Notes: generated from the sequence alone by a model not told the origin. A stretch of DNA of 64,000 nucleotides from an uncultured Alphaproteobacteria bacterium (GCA_963795365.1 CAWCHW010000034.1:92124-156123); one strand, 5' to 3'; positions 1 through 10,055 are shown, counted from the first letter of the stretch. Numbers and translations are program-made.

Positions 1-694
1 CAACGTGGCGCATGCCTGGGCGATCCAGTCATTCGTCGCCGAGATCGCGGCCGAGCTGAAACGCGATCCCAAGGACATGCTGCTCGAGCTGATCGGACCG
101 GCGCGTATCGTCGACTCCCCGAAGAAGGCGACCACCGAGTGGTGGGACTATGGCGAGCCCAACGACGTCTATCCGGTCGACACCGGACGGCTGCGCAAGG
201 TCACCGAGCTGGTTGCGGAGAAGGCGGGCTGGGGCCGCAAGATGGCGCCCGGCACCGGGATCGGCATCGCCGCCCATCGCAGCTTCGTCAGCTACATCGC
301 AACCGTCGTCGAGGTGGCGATCGATGCCAAGGGCAACATCACGGTGCCGCGCGTCGACACCGCGATCGACTGCGGCTTCTATGTCAATCCCGAGCGCATT
401 CGTTCGCAGATCGAAGGCGCCGCCGTCATGGGCCTGTCGCTTGCCAAATACGGCGAGATCACGCTCAAGAAGGGCAGGGTCGAGCAGAGCAATTTCGACG
501 ATTACCAGGTCATCCGGCATTTCGAATCGCCGGCCGTGACCAATGTGCACATCGTCGAGAACAGCATCGACGTGCCCTCGAGCGGCGTCGGCGAACCCGG
601 CGTGCCGCCGTTCACCCCGGCGCTGTGCAACGCCATCTTCGCGGCGACGGGAAAACGCATTCGCAAGCTGCCGATCGGCAGTCAGCTCGCCTGA
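1..694 (+). CDS. Xanthine dehydrogenase-family molybdopterin-binding subunit (IorB-like), 5'-truncated by window edge
   Basis: C-terminal motifs [45 protein letters not shown]. Confidence 0.9.
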   Translation, partial: NVAHAWAIQSFVAEIAAELKRDPKDMLLELIGPARIVDSPKKATTEWWDYGEPNDVYPVDTGRLRKVTELVAEKAGWGRKMAPGTGIGIAAHRSFVSYIATVVEVAIDAKGNITVPRVDTAIDCGFYVNPERIRSQIEGAAVMGLSLAKYGEITLKKGRVEQSNFDDYQVIRHFESPAVTNVHIVENSIDVPSSGVGEPGVPPFTPALCNAIFAATGKRIRKLPIGSQLA

Positions 695-720
695 TCGAAA
701 AGATCAGTTCACATGACGCG

Positions 721-750
721 AAACCGGAGCGAAAGCTCCGGTTTCTTTTT
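721..750 (+). terminator. Intrinsic terminator
   Basis: Perfect 10-bp stem aaaccggagc-GAAA-gctccggttt followed by cttttt, between convergent genes. Confidence 0.85.
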
Positions 751-761
751 GCGATGAGATG

Positions 762-2009
762 TCACGGGGAGGGCGGCGGTGCAGCCTCGGCTTCCTCGGA
801 CAACAAAGCCGGCGCCGCGGTCTCGACCGGCGCAGCGAGACCGCCTTTATAAACTCGTGCGTAGCGCCGGCCGAGATTGGTCAGCACCTCGTAGCCGATG
901 GTGCCGAAATGATGGGCGATCTCATCAACCGTGATGCCTTCTCCGATCAGCGTCAGCATGTGGCCGCGCCGCGCCGCATTCGCCGGCAGGTCGGTGACGT
1001 CGACCGCCAGCAGATCCATCGAAATGCGCCCCGCAATCGGACAGCGCTTGCCGGCGACCACGACCTCGGCGCCCCGCGTGCCGTCATTGGCGCTGGCCGC
1101 GCGGAAATAGCCGTCGGCGTAGCCGGCCGACACGATCGCAAGCCTGGTCGGCCGCCGCGCCGTCCAGGTGCCGCCGTAGCCGACGGTCTCGCCGCGTTCG
1201 ACATTGCGCATCTGCACGATGCGCGCCTTCAATTCGACCACGGGCTTCATCGGATTGTCGGCCTCAGGCGTCGGATTGATGCCGTAGAGCGCCGCACCCG
1301 GACGCACCAGGTCGAACTGGAATTGCGGGCCGAGATAGATGCCCGACGAGTTCGACAGCGAGGCCGGCACGCCCGAGAACAGGCTGGCGATCTCGCGGAA
1401 GGCCGTCAGCTGTTTGGCGTTGGTGGGATTGTTGACCAGTTCGGCCGAGGCGAGATGGCTCATCACCAGCGTGATGCCGTGATCGCCGGCATTGATGCGC
1501 GGGATGATGCCCTGCGCTTCCGCGATCGTCAGCCCAAGCCGGTGCATGCCGGTGTCGATATGGATGGCGGCGCCGCCGTTCCAGCCCGAGCGGCGGCAGA
1601 ACACGTCCCACTCGGCAAGCTCGTTGAGGTCGCCGATCACCGGCCTGCAATCGATTTGGGCGTAGGCGTCGCCGGTGTTCTGGAAGAAGCCGTCGAGCGC
1701 ATACAGTGCGACGGACGGCAGTGCCGCGCGCACCACGCGCGCTTCCTCGATCGTGGCGACAAAGAACGTCTTGCAGCCGGCTGCCGCCAGCGCCTTCGCC
1801 ACCTCAACGGCGCCGCAGCCATAGGCATTGGCCTTGACCACGGCGGCGCATTCGGCCGGCACCGCCGTCTTCTCCAGCTTGCGCCAGTTCGCGATGATGG
1901 CGTCGAGATCGACGGTCAGAATGCCGGTGGCGGTCGTGAGCGCCGCCGCCTGGTTGGCCTCGGCAGACAGCACCGTTCCCGCGGCGTTGGGGTCAGAAAT
2001 GATGTTCAT
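762..2009 (-). CDS. alr: Alanine racemase
   Basis: AVVKANAYG PLP-lysine motif, HIDTGMHRLG, GYADG, GRISMD, GTIGYE; start placed at MNIISD because the longer ORF overlaps dnaB. Confidence 0.95.
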   Translation of the reverse strand: MNIISDPNAAGTVLSAEANQAAALTTATGILTVDLDAIIANWRKLEKTAVPAECAAVVKANAYGCGAVEVAKALAAAGCKTFFVATIEEARVVRAALPSVALYALDGFFQNTGDAYAQIDCRPVIGDLNELAEWDVFCRRSGWNGGAAIHIDTGMHRLGLTIAEAQGIIPRINAGDHGITLVMSHLASAELVNNPTNAKQLTAFREIASLFSGVPASLSNSSGIYLGPQFQFDLVRPGAALYGINPTPEADNPMKPVVELKARIVQMRNVERGETVGYGGTWTARRPTRLAIVSAGYADGYFRAASANDGTRGAEVVVAGKRCPIAGRISMDLLAVDVTDLPANAARRGHMLTLIGEGITVDEIAHHFGTIGYEVLTNLGRRYARVYKGGLAAPVETAAPALLSEEAEAAPPPSP

Positions 2010-2053
2010 GACCCCTAGGTTACGCGGCACGGGAGGTCGGTTCAACCGCGTCG

Positions 2054-3556
2054 CTATTCCGATGTCCGATAGGGCAGATGCGCCTCGTCGGTGGCATCGC
2101 TGAAACGGGTGAATTCTCCCGTGAATTGCAGTTTGACGGTGCCGGTCGGGCCGTGACGCTGCTTGCCGATGATGGCTTCGGCTTTGCCGTGCACCAGCGC
2201 CATGTCGAGTTGCCACTTCTCGTATTCGGGCGTTCCGAGCTTCGGTTCCTTGCTCTGCAGGTAATATTCCTCGCGGTAGACGAAGATCACGACGTCGGCG
2301 TCCTGCTCGATCGAACCGGATTCGCGAAGGTCGGACAGCTGCGGGCGCTTGTCGTCGCGGTTTTCGACCTGACGCGACAGCTGCGACAGCGCGATCACCG
2401 GGATGTTCAGTTCCTTGGCGAGGGCCTTCAGGTTGGTGGTGATCTCGGTCAGTTCCTGCACGCGGTTGTCCGAACGCTTGCTGGAACCTGACAAGAGCTG
2501 AATGTAGTCGATCACGAGCACGTCGAGCCCGCGCTGGCGCTTCAGCCGCCGCGCCCGCGCCGTCAGCTGCGCGATCGAAAGGCCGCCGGTCTCGTCGACA
2601 TAAAGCGGCAGGTGCTCCAGCTCGATGGTGTAGTCGCGGATGCGGTCGAATTCCTGCTGGTTGATGCCGCCGCGGCGGATCAGGCTCGAGGCGATGCTGG
2701 CTTGTTCCGACAGGATACGCGTGGCGAGCTGTTCGGCCGACATTTCGCAGGAGAAGAAGCCGACGATGCCGCCATTGACGGTCTTGTTGCTGCCGTCGGC
2801 CTGGACTTCGGCGCGGTGCGCCTTCGCGATATTATAGGCGATGTTGGTGGCAAGCGCGGTCTTGCCCATGCCGGGCCGGCCCGCGACGATAATAAGGTCG
2901 GAGGATTGCAGACCGCCCATCTTGGCGTCGAGATCGCGCAAACCGGTGGCAATGCCGGACAGCCGCCCGTCGCGCTGATAGGCGTTTGCCGCCATGTCGA
3001 GCGCGACTTTCATGGCCTGCGAGAACTTCTGAAAGCCGCCATCGTAGCGGCCGGACTCGGCCAGTTCGTACAGCTTGCGTTCGGCGTCCTCGATCTGCGC
3101 CTTCGGCGCAAAGTCCACCGGCGCGTCATAGGCGACGGTCACCATCTCCTCGCCGATCCCGATCAGGTCGCGCCGCAGCGACAGGTCGTAGATGGTGCGC
3201 CCGTAATCCTGGGCGTTGATGATGGTGGTGGCCTCGGCGGCAAGACGGGCGAGGTACTGACTGACCGTCATGCCGAGAATGTCGGCGTCGGCCGGGAAGA
3301 AGGTCTTCAGCGTCACCGGTGTGGCGACCTTGCCCATCCAAATCAGGCTGCCGGCGGTCTCATAAATCTTCTGATGAACGGTTTCGAAGAAGTGCTTCGG
3401 TTCCAGGAAGTCGGAAACCCGGTAGAAGGCGTCGTTATTGACGAGGATGGCGCCCAGCAGGCTCTGTTCGGCCTCGATATTGTGCGGTGCGCTCCGGTAA
3501 CTGGGAGCGTTCGGGTCGGCAGGAAGTTTCAGGACGTTCGAATCAGGAGGCGCCAT
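2054..3556 (-). CDS. dnaB: Replicative DNA helicase
   Basis: PHNIEAEQSLLG, GRPGMGKT Walker A, IDYIQL, LSQLSR, DLRESGSIEQDAD, KQRHGP. Confidence 0.97.
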   Translation of the reverse strand: MAPPDSNVLKLPADPNAPSYRSAPHNIEAEQSLLGAILVNNDAFYRVSDFLEPKHFFETVHQKIYETAGSLIWMGKVATPVTLKTFFPADADILGMTVSQYLARLAAEATTIINAQDYGRTIYDLSLRRDLIGIGEEMVTVAYDAPVDFAPKAQIEDAERKLYELAESGRYDGGFQKFSQAMKVALDMAANAYQRDGRLSGIATGLRDLDAKMGGLQSSDLIIVAGRPGMGKTALATNIAYNIAKAHRAEVQADGSNKTVNGGIVGFFSCEMSAEQLATRILSEQASIASSLIRRGGINQQEFDRIRDYTIELEHLPLYVDETGGLSIAQLTARARRLKRQRGLDVLVIDYIQLLSGSSKRSDNRVQELTEITTNLKALAKELNIPVIALSQLSRQVENRDDKRPQLSDLRESGSIEQDADVVIFVYREEYYLQSKEPKLGTPEYEKWQLDMALVHGKAEAIIGKQRHGPTGTVKLQFTGEFTRFSDATDEAHLPYRTSE

Positions 3557-3824
3557 GGACCAGAATTGTTCTTCGAATTTGGTTTTTTTGTTTTGAATGG
3601 GGCGGGGATAAAGCGCCTCTCCCTTGCGGTGCGGAAGCGCCATATTTTGTTGTGCCCGATTCTCACAACTCGGTGTGTGTAATCCGATTGTCCTGCCGCA
3701 TTCGCCTTGACGGCTTTCGGCGAGAATCAGGCAAGACTGCGGCTCTCGAAGATTTTCGAAAAATTGCGTGAACCTGGTTCCGCTCCGTGCAGACGCATTT
3801 CTACGGGCGGTTTTTATCCAGGGA

Positions 3825-3941
3825 TCAGGTCAGCAGCAGATAGGCGAGCGCGATCACGGCGGCGGCGGTGCCGATCAGGATCAAGGCGTAATCGGTTCTG
3901 AGATCGTCTTGCACGTCGAGCGCTGGTTGCTGGTGGGCCAT
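3825..3941 (-). CDS. Small single-TM protein, 38 aa (not in ORF track)
   Basis: Hand translation MAHQQPALDVQDDLRTDYALILIGTAAAVIALAYLLLT*; GC3-rich codons; hydrophobic C-terminal half. Confidence 0.5.
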   Translation of the reverse strand: MAHQQPALDVQDDLRTDYALILIGTAAAVIALAYLLLT

Positions 3942-4071
3942 GTGCGAGATTTAGGGCAGGGAAGCCCGGGAGTGTGTGAGGTCATTCACATTCGCTCGAA
4001 TTTCTTTGTCCCATGTTCAGGGAACGGGTGTCTGGTTCAGCGGTTGGTGGTTTCTCGGACAGGAACAGGCG

Positions 4072-4281
4072 ATGGCCCAAGGACTTCAAAAAGGGCTTCA
4101 AACATGGCGGTCGGGGAAGGGCGAACGGCAGTGGCTGTTGCGCCTGATCGACACCATGGAACAGATCGCCCGGCCCACCATGCAAAGCCGTCCGGTCGAC
4201 CGGCTGGTGCTGGCAAGGGTTCGCGCCCAGTTGAGCCGGCCGGCGTCCTGTCCTTATGGCGCTGTTGGCTATCGCCACTAA
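4072..4281 (+). CDS. Small basic hypothetical protein, 69 aa
   Basis: ATG preceded by AGGA; MAQGLQKGLQTWRSGKGERQWLLRLIDTME...CPYGAVGYRH. Confidence 0.55.
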   Translation: MAQGLQKGLQTWRSGKGERQWLLRLIDTMEQIARPTMQSRPVDRLVLARVRAQLSRPASCPYGAVGYRH

Positions 4282-4575
4282 CAAGGTGCGGCTCGCGCCG
4301 CGGAACACCTCACCCTTGCTTTCCCATAGATGATTGGATCAAGAGCGGAATCTTTCGTGCGCCTGCGCGCTCGGCTGGCCTTTGATTCAGGTTCCGAGAG
4401 GGCAGCTAATCTCCTGTCCACAAAGCGGATATTCCAGAATGTCGCGATCACGCATATGCGTGGCCAACAAGCTTCCATTCGCGTGATAATCGGCTAAAAG
4501 GTGACCGCCGCGCGCCGTGCGGGAGGGGTATCCTGGGCGCACAGGGGCGCGATTTCCGCGATCGGAGAACAGGGA

Positions 4576-5457
4576 ATGTCGAGCCGAGCGCTCATTCCAG
4601 CGACGGTGATGCTTCTAGTGGGTTGTTTGGCGGCGGAACGCGCGTCGGCGCAAGCCACCAACCTCGAAGCCGGCAAAACCCCCTCGCAGATATTTGCGGG
4701 CACCTGCAATGCCTGCCACAAGGCGCCGCGCGGACTTTTGAAGTCGGTGCCCGCCTCGTCGCTGTCGAGCTTCCTGCGCCAGCACTACACCACCAGCCCC
4801 GAAATGGCCGGCGTGCTCGCGTCTTATCTGATCTCCAACGGCGCCACCGACACGCGAATGAGCGGTGCGGACAAGAAGGGCGCCAAGGAAGGCACGAAAG
4901 AGGCCAAGCAGGAGGCGAAGCCGCCGGAGCAGCTCGATCGCTGGGGCCACAGGATTCACCCCGGCGGGGCGCCGGTGCCTGAGGCTACTCCTGCTTCGTC
5001 GGGCGAGTCGCCGCAATCGCCGTCGCAGTCGACGATCGAGGCCGCCAGAGAACAAAATGCCAAGCAGAAGCTGACTAAGCGCAACAAGCCTGGCGACGAA
5101 TTGCCCAAGGGCGAGGGCGCAAAGGAAACCCCGGCGCCGGGCGAGGCCACCAAGCCCGAAGGGGCAAAGCCCGACGCGCCATCGCAATCTGCTAACGCCA
5201 ACCCATCCGCGCCGGCAGAGACGCCTGCGCTGCGGCCCGATCCGGTGCCTCCGGTGACGCCGGCGGCTGCAAGTTCGGAGCCTGCGCCAGCCACGCCGCC
5301 GACATCCGTCATATCGACGGCAATCAGTGCGGAGACCGCTCCGGCCGTGCCATCGCCGTCAAGGCCGGTCGAGCCGCCGCCTGCGGTGGTGGCTGCCACA
5401 CCGGCGCTGCCTCCCGTGCTGCCGGCCGGCCCGCCCGCGCCGCCGATTTCCAGATAA
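4576..5457 (+). CDS. Exported protein with monoheme cytochrome c-like N-domain and long Pro/Ala/Glu-rich tail
   Basis: GGAG/AGGGA upstream, signal peptide ending ASA-Q, CNACH heme motif, low-complexity C-terminus. Confidence 0.75.
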   Translation: MSSRALIPATVMLLVGCLAAERASAQATNLEAGKTPSQIFAGTCNACHKAPRGLLKSVPASSLSSFLRQHYTTSPEMAGVLASYLISNGATDTRMSGADKKGAKEGTKEAKQEAKPPEQLDRWGHRIHPGGAPVPEATPASSGESPQSPSQSTIEAAREQNAKQKLTKRNKPGDELPKGEGAKETPAPGEATKPEGAKPDAPSQSANANPSAPAETPALRPDPVPPVTPAAASSEPAPATPPTSVISTAISAETAPAVPSPSRPVEPPPAVVAATPALPPVLPAGPPAPPISR

Positions 5458-5490
5458 ATCCAGCAACGACCGTGACTTGACGGCAATACC

Positions 5491-5520
5491 AAAAGCCCGG
5501 CCTCAAGGCCGGGCTTTTTT
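5491..5520. terminator. Bidirectional intrinsic terminator
   Basis: aaaagcccggcc-tcaa-ggccgggctttttt between convergent genes. Confidence 0.9.
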
Positions 5521-5542
5521 CACGTGAACTGCCGAAGCAGCC

Positions 5543-6154
5543 TTACTTCTGCTCGGCCTCGGGCGCGGGCGCCGCAGCCGGCTGCTCGTCGTCGTGCTGC
5601 GCTTCGGGATCGAAGAACTCGCCGGCTGCCGCGATTGCTTCGGCGGCGGCGTCCTGATCTTCCTGACGGGTCGAGATATCCTCGCCGCGCTTGATGCGGT
5701 CGGCTTCGTCGGCGCTGCGGGCAACCGTCACGTTGATGGATGCCTCGACCTCGGGATGCACGGCGATGGTCACCTTGGTGCGGCCGATCGCCTTGATCGG
5801 CGCATCGAGCCAGACTTGAGTCCGGCTGACCGTGATCTTCTCGCCTTCCATTGCCGCAACGATGTCGCGCACCGACACCGAGCCGAACAACTGCCCGCTC
5901 TCGGACGCCTGGCGGATGATCACGACCTCGAGTCCGTCGATCTTCTCTGCAGCCTTTGAGGCTTCCGACTTGGCCTGGAGGTTGTTGGCCTCGAGCTCGG
6001 CCTTCATGCCGTCATACTTGGCGCGGTTCTCGGCGGTGGCGCGCAGCGCCTTCTTCCGCTTCAGGAGGAAGTTACGGGCGTAACCGTCCCTGACCTTTAC
6101 GATTTCGCCCATCTGACCGAGCTTGGCGACACGCTCCAGCAAAATGACTTCCAT
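5543..6154 (-). CDS. rplI: 50S ribosomal protein L9
   Basis: [37 protein letters not shown]; AAGGAG RBS. Confidence 0.98.
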   Translation of the reverse strand: MEVILLERVAKLGQMGEIVKVRDGYARNFLLKRKKALRATAENRAKYDGMKAELEANNLQAKSEASKAAEKIDGLEVVIIRQASESGQLFGSVSVRDIVAAMEGEKITVSRTQVWLDAPIKAIGRTKVTIAVHPEVEASINVTVARSADEADRIKRGEDISTRQEDQDAAAEAIAAAGEFFDPEAQHDDEQPAAAPAPEAEQK

Positions 6155-6192
6155 GTTTTCTCTCCTTGAAAGGTGACGTTGAAAGATTGCAC

Positions 6193-7143
6193 TCAGGGCG
6201 CCGGCAGCGGCGGTGGCTGCTTGCGCAAATAGCGTTGGCGAAATCCGAACACGGCATCGGCAAGTCCGAGCACGACAATGGCGATCACCGGCCAGATGAA
6301 CAGCACGACCGCTGCGTAGGCCGAGCCGAGCCAGAGCGCGCGGCTTTTCAAGGCCAGCGTCAGCGTGTGCAGCACGGCGAAGCCCGCGAACCCGTAAGCC
6401 ATCATCAGAGCCGACGTGACGATCTGCGCGGCGATGGCAAGCAGGCCGCCGGCGAGGGTGCAGGCGGCGGCAACGCAGAGCGCGGCGAGCGCAGCTTTCG
6501 GCAGCGCCGCGGTCTTCAGGTCCGGCCATGGCCGGCGCAATCGGCCGGACATCGCGGTGATCTTTCCTGCGAGCCAGAGATTGATCGTGAGCGTGACGAC
6601 GATGCCGAGGACGGCGCATGCCGGCATGATCGTCACCAGCGCATCCAGCACCTTCTCGTCGCCCGCGGTGCCGCGCACCTCCAGGATCCGTAACAGACCC
6701 TGTTTCAATGCGTCGAGGATTGCCGCAGCATCGGTGCCGAGCGACAACAGCGCGCAAAAGGTCGTCAGCGAGGCGAAGCCAGCGATCCAGACCAGGATGC
6801 GGCCGACCGGATACCATTCGAGATCAGGCGCGGTTGAGCCATTGCCCGAGGACGCGACGGGCCGGCCGAGCAAGCCGAGATGTCCAAGCCACCAGGACGG
6901 CAGCGCCACGCTGATGATGTAACCGATGCCGTAGGGAACGCCGAAGATGGCGCCCAACGCAAACGAGGCGGCGGCAGCGGCGATGGTTGCCGACAGCGGG
7001 CCCCAGCCGAGCGCGGTCACCATCAGCGGCAGCGGAGCCAGATAGAGCAGCAGCAACGAGATCGGCGCGCCCGAACTGATCGAGGCGAACATCAAGGCCG
7101 ACGCGCAGCCGCCGGCAAGCGCAATGAGAACCGTCACGATCAT
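6193..7143 (-). CDS. DUF2232/YybS-like multi-pass membrane protein
   Basis: Many TM segments, WYPVGR motif, conserved position between rpsR and rplI. Confidence 0.85.
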   Translation of the reverse strand: MIVTVLIALAGGCASALMFASISSGAPISLLLLYLAPLPLMVTALGWGPLSATIAAAAASFALGAIFGVPYGIGYIISVALPSWWLGHLGLLGRPVASSGNGSTAPDLEWYPVGRILVWIAGFASLTTFCALLSLGTDAAAILDALKQGLLRILEVRGTAGDEKVLDALVTIMPACAVLGIVVTLTINLWLAGKITAMSGRLRRPWPDLKTAALPKAALAALCVAAACTLAGGLLAIAAQIVTSALMMAYGFAGFAVLHTLTLALKSRALWLGSAYAAVVLFIWPVIAIVVLGLADAVFGFRQRYLRKQPPPLPAP

Positions 7144-7229
7144 CAGCTGTCCCGCCCCTTTCGAGCGGTTAGAGGTTTCGAGAACCCCAACCATCGGCAA
7201 CCGGACGACCCGGAAGCCTTATGAGTGAG

Positions 7230-7256
7230 CGGCCGGCGGCAAGTCACCGCCGGCCG
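7230..7256. other. GC-rich hairpin downstream of rpsR
   Basis: cggccggcgg-caagtca-ccgccggccg perfect 10-bp stem; no U tract. Confidence 0.55.
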
Positions 7257-7262
7257 AAACGC

Positions 7263-7502
7263 TTATCTGATAACGTAGGGCAGCAGGCCCAGGAACCGCG
7301 CGCGCTTGATGGCCCGGGCGAGCTCCCGCTGCTTCTTGGCCGACACCGCCGTGATGCGGCTCGGCACGATCTTGCCGCGCTCGGACACGTAGCGCATCAA
7401 GAGCTTGGAATCCTTGTAGTCGATCTTCGGCGCGTTCGGACCCGTGAACGGACAGGTCTTGCGGCGGCGGAAAAACGGTCGGCGTGCACCAGCTTCGGCC
7501 AT
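7263..7502 (-). CDS. rpsR: 30S ribosomal protein S18
   Basis: [43 protein letters not shown]. Confidence 0.99.
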   Translation of the reverse strand: MAEAGARRPFFRRRKTCPFTGPNAPKIDYKDSKLLMRYVSERGKIVPSRITAVSAKKQRELARAIKRARFLGLLPYVIR

Positions 7503-7507
7503 GCTTC

Positions 7508-7999
7508 TTACTCCTCAGCCGGCGTTTCAGCGTCTTCGCGGGGACGGCGCGGGGGGCCGCGGTCGCCGCGGAAGCCGCCGCCATCGCGATCACCGCGGAA
7601 GCCACCGCCGTCGCGATCGCCACGGAAGCCGCCTTCACGAAAGCCGCCGCCGCGTTCGTCGCGCTCGCGGTCGCGGTCGGCCTTGCGCATCATGGCCGAG
7701 GGGCCTTCCTCATGCTCGTCGACGCGGACGCTGAGATAGCGGATCACGTCTTCATTGATGCGCTCCTGCCGCTCGATCTCCGAAATCACCGCAGCCGGTG
7801 CGTCGATGTTGAGCAGCACGAAGTGCGCCTTGCGATTCTTGTTCATGCGATAGGTGAGGGACCGCACGCCCCAGTTCTCGGTCTTGGTGACCTTGCCGCC
7901 GGCTTGCTCGACAATGCCGGTCATCTGGGTCGTCAGTTCTTCCACCTGTTGGGGGCTCGCGTCCTGACGCGCGAGAAAAACATGCTCATAGAGAGGCAT
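7508..7999 (-). CDS. rpsF: 30S ribosomal protein S6 with GGFRGDRD-repeat tail
   Basis: [25 protein letters not shown]; AAAGGA RBS. Confidence 0.98.
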   Translation of the reverse strand: MPLYEHVFLARQDASPQQVEELTTQMTGIVEQAGGKVTKTENWGVRSLTYRMNKNRKAHFVLLNIDAPAAVISEIERQERINEDVIRYLSVRVDEHEEGPSAMMRKADRDRERDERGGGFREGGFRGDRDGGGFRGDRDGGGFRGDRGPPRRPREDAETPAEE

Positions 8000-8182
8000 G
8001 AGTGTCCTTTCCTAGTGTTGGCGCGGTTCTCGGCGTCAAGCCCTTCGAGACCTCCGGAAAGGACTCGTGTGTGCTCAAGAAGGCGGAAACACGGGACGAC
8101 GGGCCGACTGGCCCTGTCACATCAACGTTTGAGTTGCTGAGACCGTCCGTTCAGCTCCCGGCCGGGATCCACGGATGCGCGC

Positions 8183-8210
8183 CTTATAAGGATTTTGGCC
8201 GGCTTGGCAA
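8183..8210 (-). promoter_or_regulatory. Candidate sigma70 promoter of rpsF operon
   Basis: TTGCCA-N16-TATAAG on minus strand. Confidence 0.4.
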
Positions 8211-8273
8211 GGCAAAGCGGCCCCCGATGCGGTTTGCAGCCGGTCCGGCAGCGCATGTCCGCCTTGCATTATT

Positions 8274-8294
8274 TGTTTGTATATCATACAAACA
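8274..8294. promoter_or_regulatory. Candidate TetR operator (perfect palindrome)
   Basis: TGTTTGTAT-atc-ATACAAACA, AT-rich 9-bp inverted repeat directly upstream of tetR gene. Confidence 0.7.
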
Positions 8295-8340
8295 TCACAG
8301 GCAAGACACATGGCCCCGAAACGGATCGGAAACCGCAGTA

Positions 8341-9021
8341 GTGCCGCTAGCCGGCGATCCCAAGCACGCCGCGCGCGCTACGCGCTCGGCCGGGCGGCGG
8401 ATGCGCTCGCTGTTGCTCGACGGGGCGAGCCGCCTGTTCAAGCAGCGCGGCCTTGCGGGAACCTCGATCTCGGATATCGCCGCGGCCGCCGACGCGTTTC
8501 CGAGCCAGATCACCTATTACTTCCATACCAAGGAAGCGCTGTTCGTCGAGGCCGCCTGCCGCGACATGCTCTACGTCGCGCGCTCCGCCGAACAGGCGGC
8601 GCTCAAGGCTCAAACGCCGCGCGACTATACGCGCGAGCTGGTCGAAGCCGTCACCGCCACGGATTCGGTTGCCTTCTTCGCGGAAGCGCTGACCTTGACG
8701 CGCCGCCGGCCGGATCTCGCGCCGCTGGTCGAGCGCACCATCGAACGGCTGCATGCCGAAGGACTGCGCGCTTATGCCGGTCAGATCGAACGCCACGGCT
8801 GGGACACGTTGCGCGATCCCGACGCCACCTCGCGGCGGTTCTGGGCGCTGGCGATCGGTGTGATGGTCGAAGGCTATGCGATGGGCCGTTCGGCCGAGGA
8901 CCTCGCCGGCGAAATGCTCCGCGTGCTCGGCGATCAGGCGACCACCAGACCGGCGGCGAGACTTCGTCTCGTCGGCGGTGACGCGGAATCAACCTCGAGC
9001 GAAGGGGAGAACCAGTCATGA
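8341..9021 (+). CDS. TetR/AcrR family regulator (start uncertain: GTG 8341, ATG 8401, or frameshifted ATG 8310)
   Basis: LLLDGASRLFKQRGLAGTSISDIAAAADAFPSQITYYFHTKEALF HTH; stop overlaps desaturase ATG. Confidence 0.88.
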   Translation: MPLAGDPKHAARATRSAGRRMRSLLLDGASRLFKQRGLAGTSISDIAAAADAFPSQITYYFHTKEALFVEAACRDMLYVARSAEQAALKAQTPRDYTRELVEAVTATDSVAFFAEALTLTRRRPDLAPLVERTIERLHAEGLRAYAGQIERHGWDTLRDPDATSRRFWALAIGVMVEGYAMGRSAEDLAGEMLRVLGDQATTRPAARLRLVGGDAESTSSEGENQS

Positions 9022-10055
9022 CCGCGCTACGCATGCGTGCCCGTGATGTCCTCAGTGAAGACGAGTTGGTCGCGGTGCGCGAGCGCTTCACCCGGAAGGG
9101 CGTCGCCATGATCGTGCACGCCTGGGCGCTGATCATTGCCGCGATCGCGCTGGTCGTGTGGTGCGCGCATTCGCCGCTCGTTGTGCTGGCTTATCCGCTT
9201 GCGGTCGGCATCATCGGCTCGCGTCAGCTGGGACTGGCAATCCTGATGCATGACGGCGCCCATGGCTGCCTGTCGCCGGATGAGAAGACGAACCTGTTCC
9301 TGAGCCAGTGGTTCTGCGCCTTTCCGATCTTCGCGGAGACCCGCGCCTATCGCCGCTATCATTTGCAACATCACGCACGCACACAGCAGCACGACGATCC
9401 GGATCTCGTGCTGTCGGCGCCGTTCCCGATCACGCAACTGAGCTATCGCCGCAAGTTTCTGCGCGATATCACCGGGCGGACCGGCTATCAGCAGCGCAAG
9501 GCGCAGCTTTTGAATGCGGTCGGCCCGTCCGATTGGCCACTGTCGCGGCGATCAGCGCAGTTCTGGGAAAAGCTCGGGCCGCAATGCATCGTCAATGCGA
9601 TCCTGTTCGCGGGACTCACGGCTGCCGGCGTGTGGTGGGCTTATCCGCTGCTATGGCTGGTGCCGCTGCTGACCTGGATGATGGTGATCACCCGCATCCG
9701 CAACATCGCCGAACATGCCGTCGTGCCCGACTCGAACGATCCGTTGCGCAACACCCGCACCACGCGCGCCAATGTCCTCGAGCGACTGTTCATCGCGCCC
9801 TATTACGTCAACTACCACCTCGAACATCACCTGCTGTTCTACATCCCCTGCTACAATCTGCCGCGCGTGCACCGCATCCTCAGCCAAAGCCGGTTTGCCG
9901 ATGGCATGGAGGTGCAGCCGGGTTATGCCGCAGTGCTGCGGCTCGCGACTGCGAAACCCAACCAGGACGATCGTCCCGGCCAGCTTGTGAACAGCCTGCG
10001 TCGCGCGCAGGCCGGGCAGGCCGTGGGTGGGGACCAGCGGGCCAGCGGTTTCTAG
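9018..10055 (+). CDS. Membrane fatty acid desaturase family protein
   Basis: His boxes HDGAH, HLQHH, HLEHH; TM segments. Confidence 0.9.
   Translation: MTALRMRARDVLSEDELVAVRERFTRKGVAMIVHAWALIIAAIALVVWCAHSPLVVLAYPLAVGIIGSRQLGLAILMHDGAHGCLSPDEKTNLFLSQWFCAFPIFAETRAYRRYHLQHHARTQQHDDPDLVLSAPFPITQLSYRRKFLRDITGRTGYQQRKAQLLNAVGPSDWPLSRRSAQFWEKLGPQCIVNAILFAGLTAAGVWWAYPLLWLVPLLTWMMVITRIRNIAEHAVVPDSNDPLRNTRTTRANVLERLFIAPYYVNYHLEHHLLFYIPCYNLPRVHRILSQSRFADGMEVQPGYAAVLRLATAKPNQDDRPGQLVNSLRRAQAGQAVGGDQRASGF

Noticed and set aside
2010-2216. Extended N-termini from ORF track (alr; also rplI, adh, surA, selO, aspS)
   Set aside because: Extensions overlap neighbouring genes or promoters; downstream starts match family N-termini
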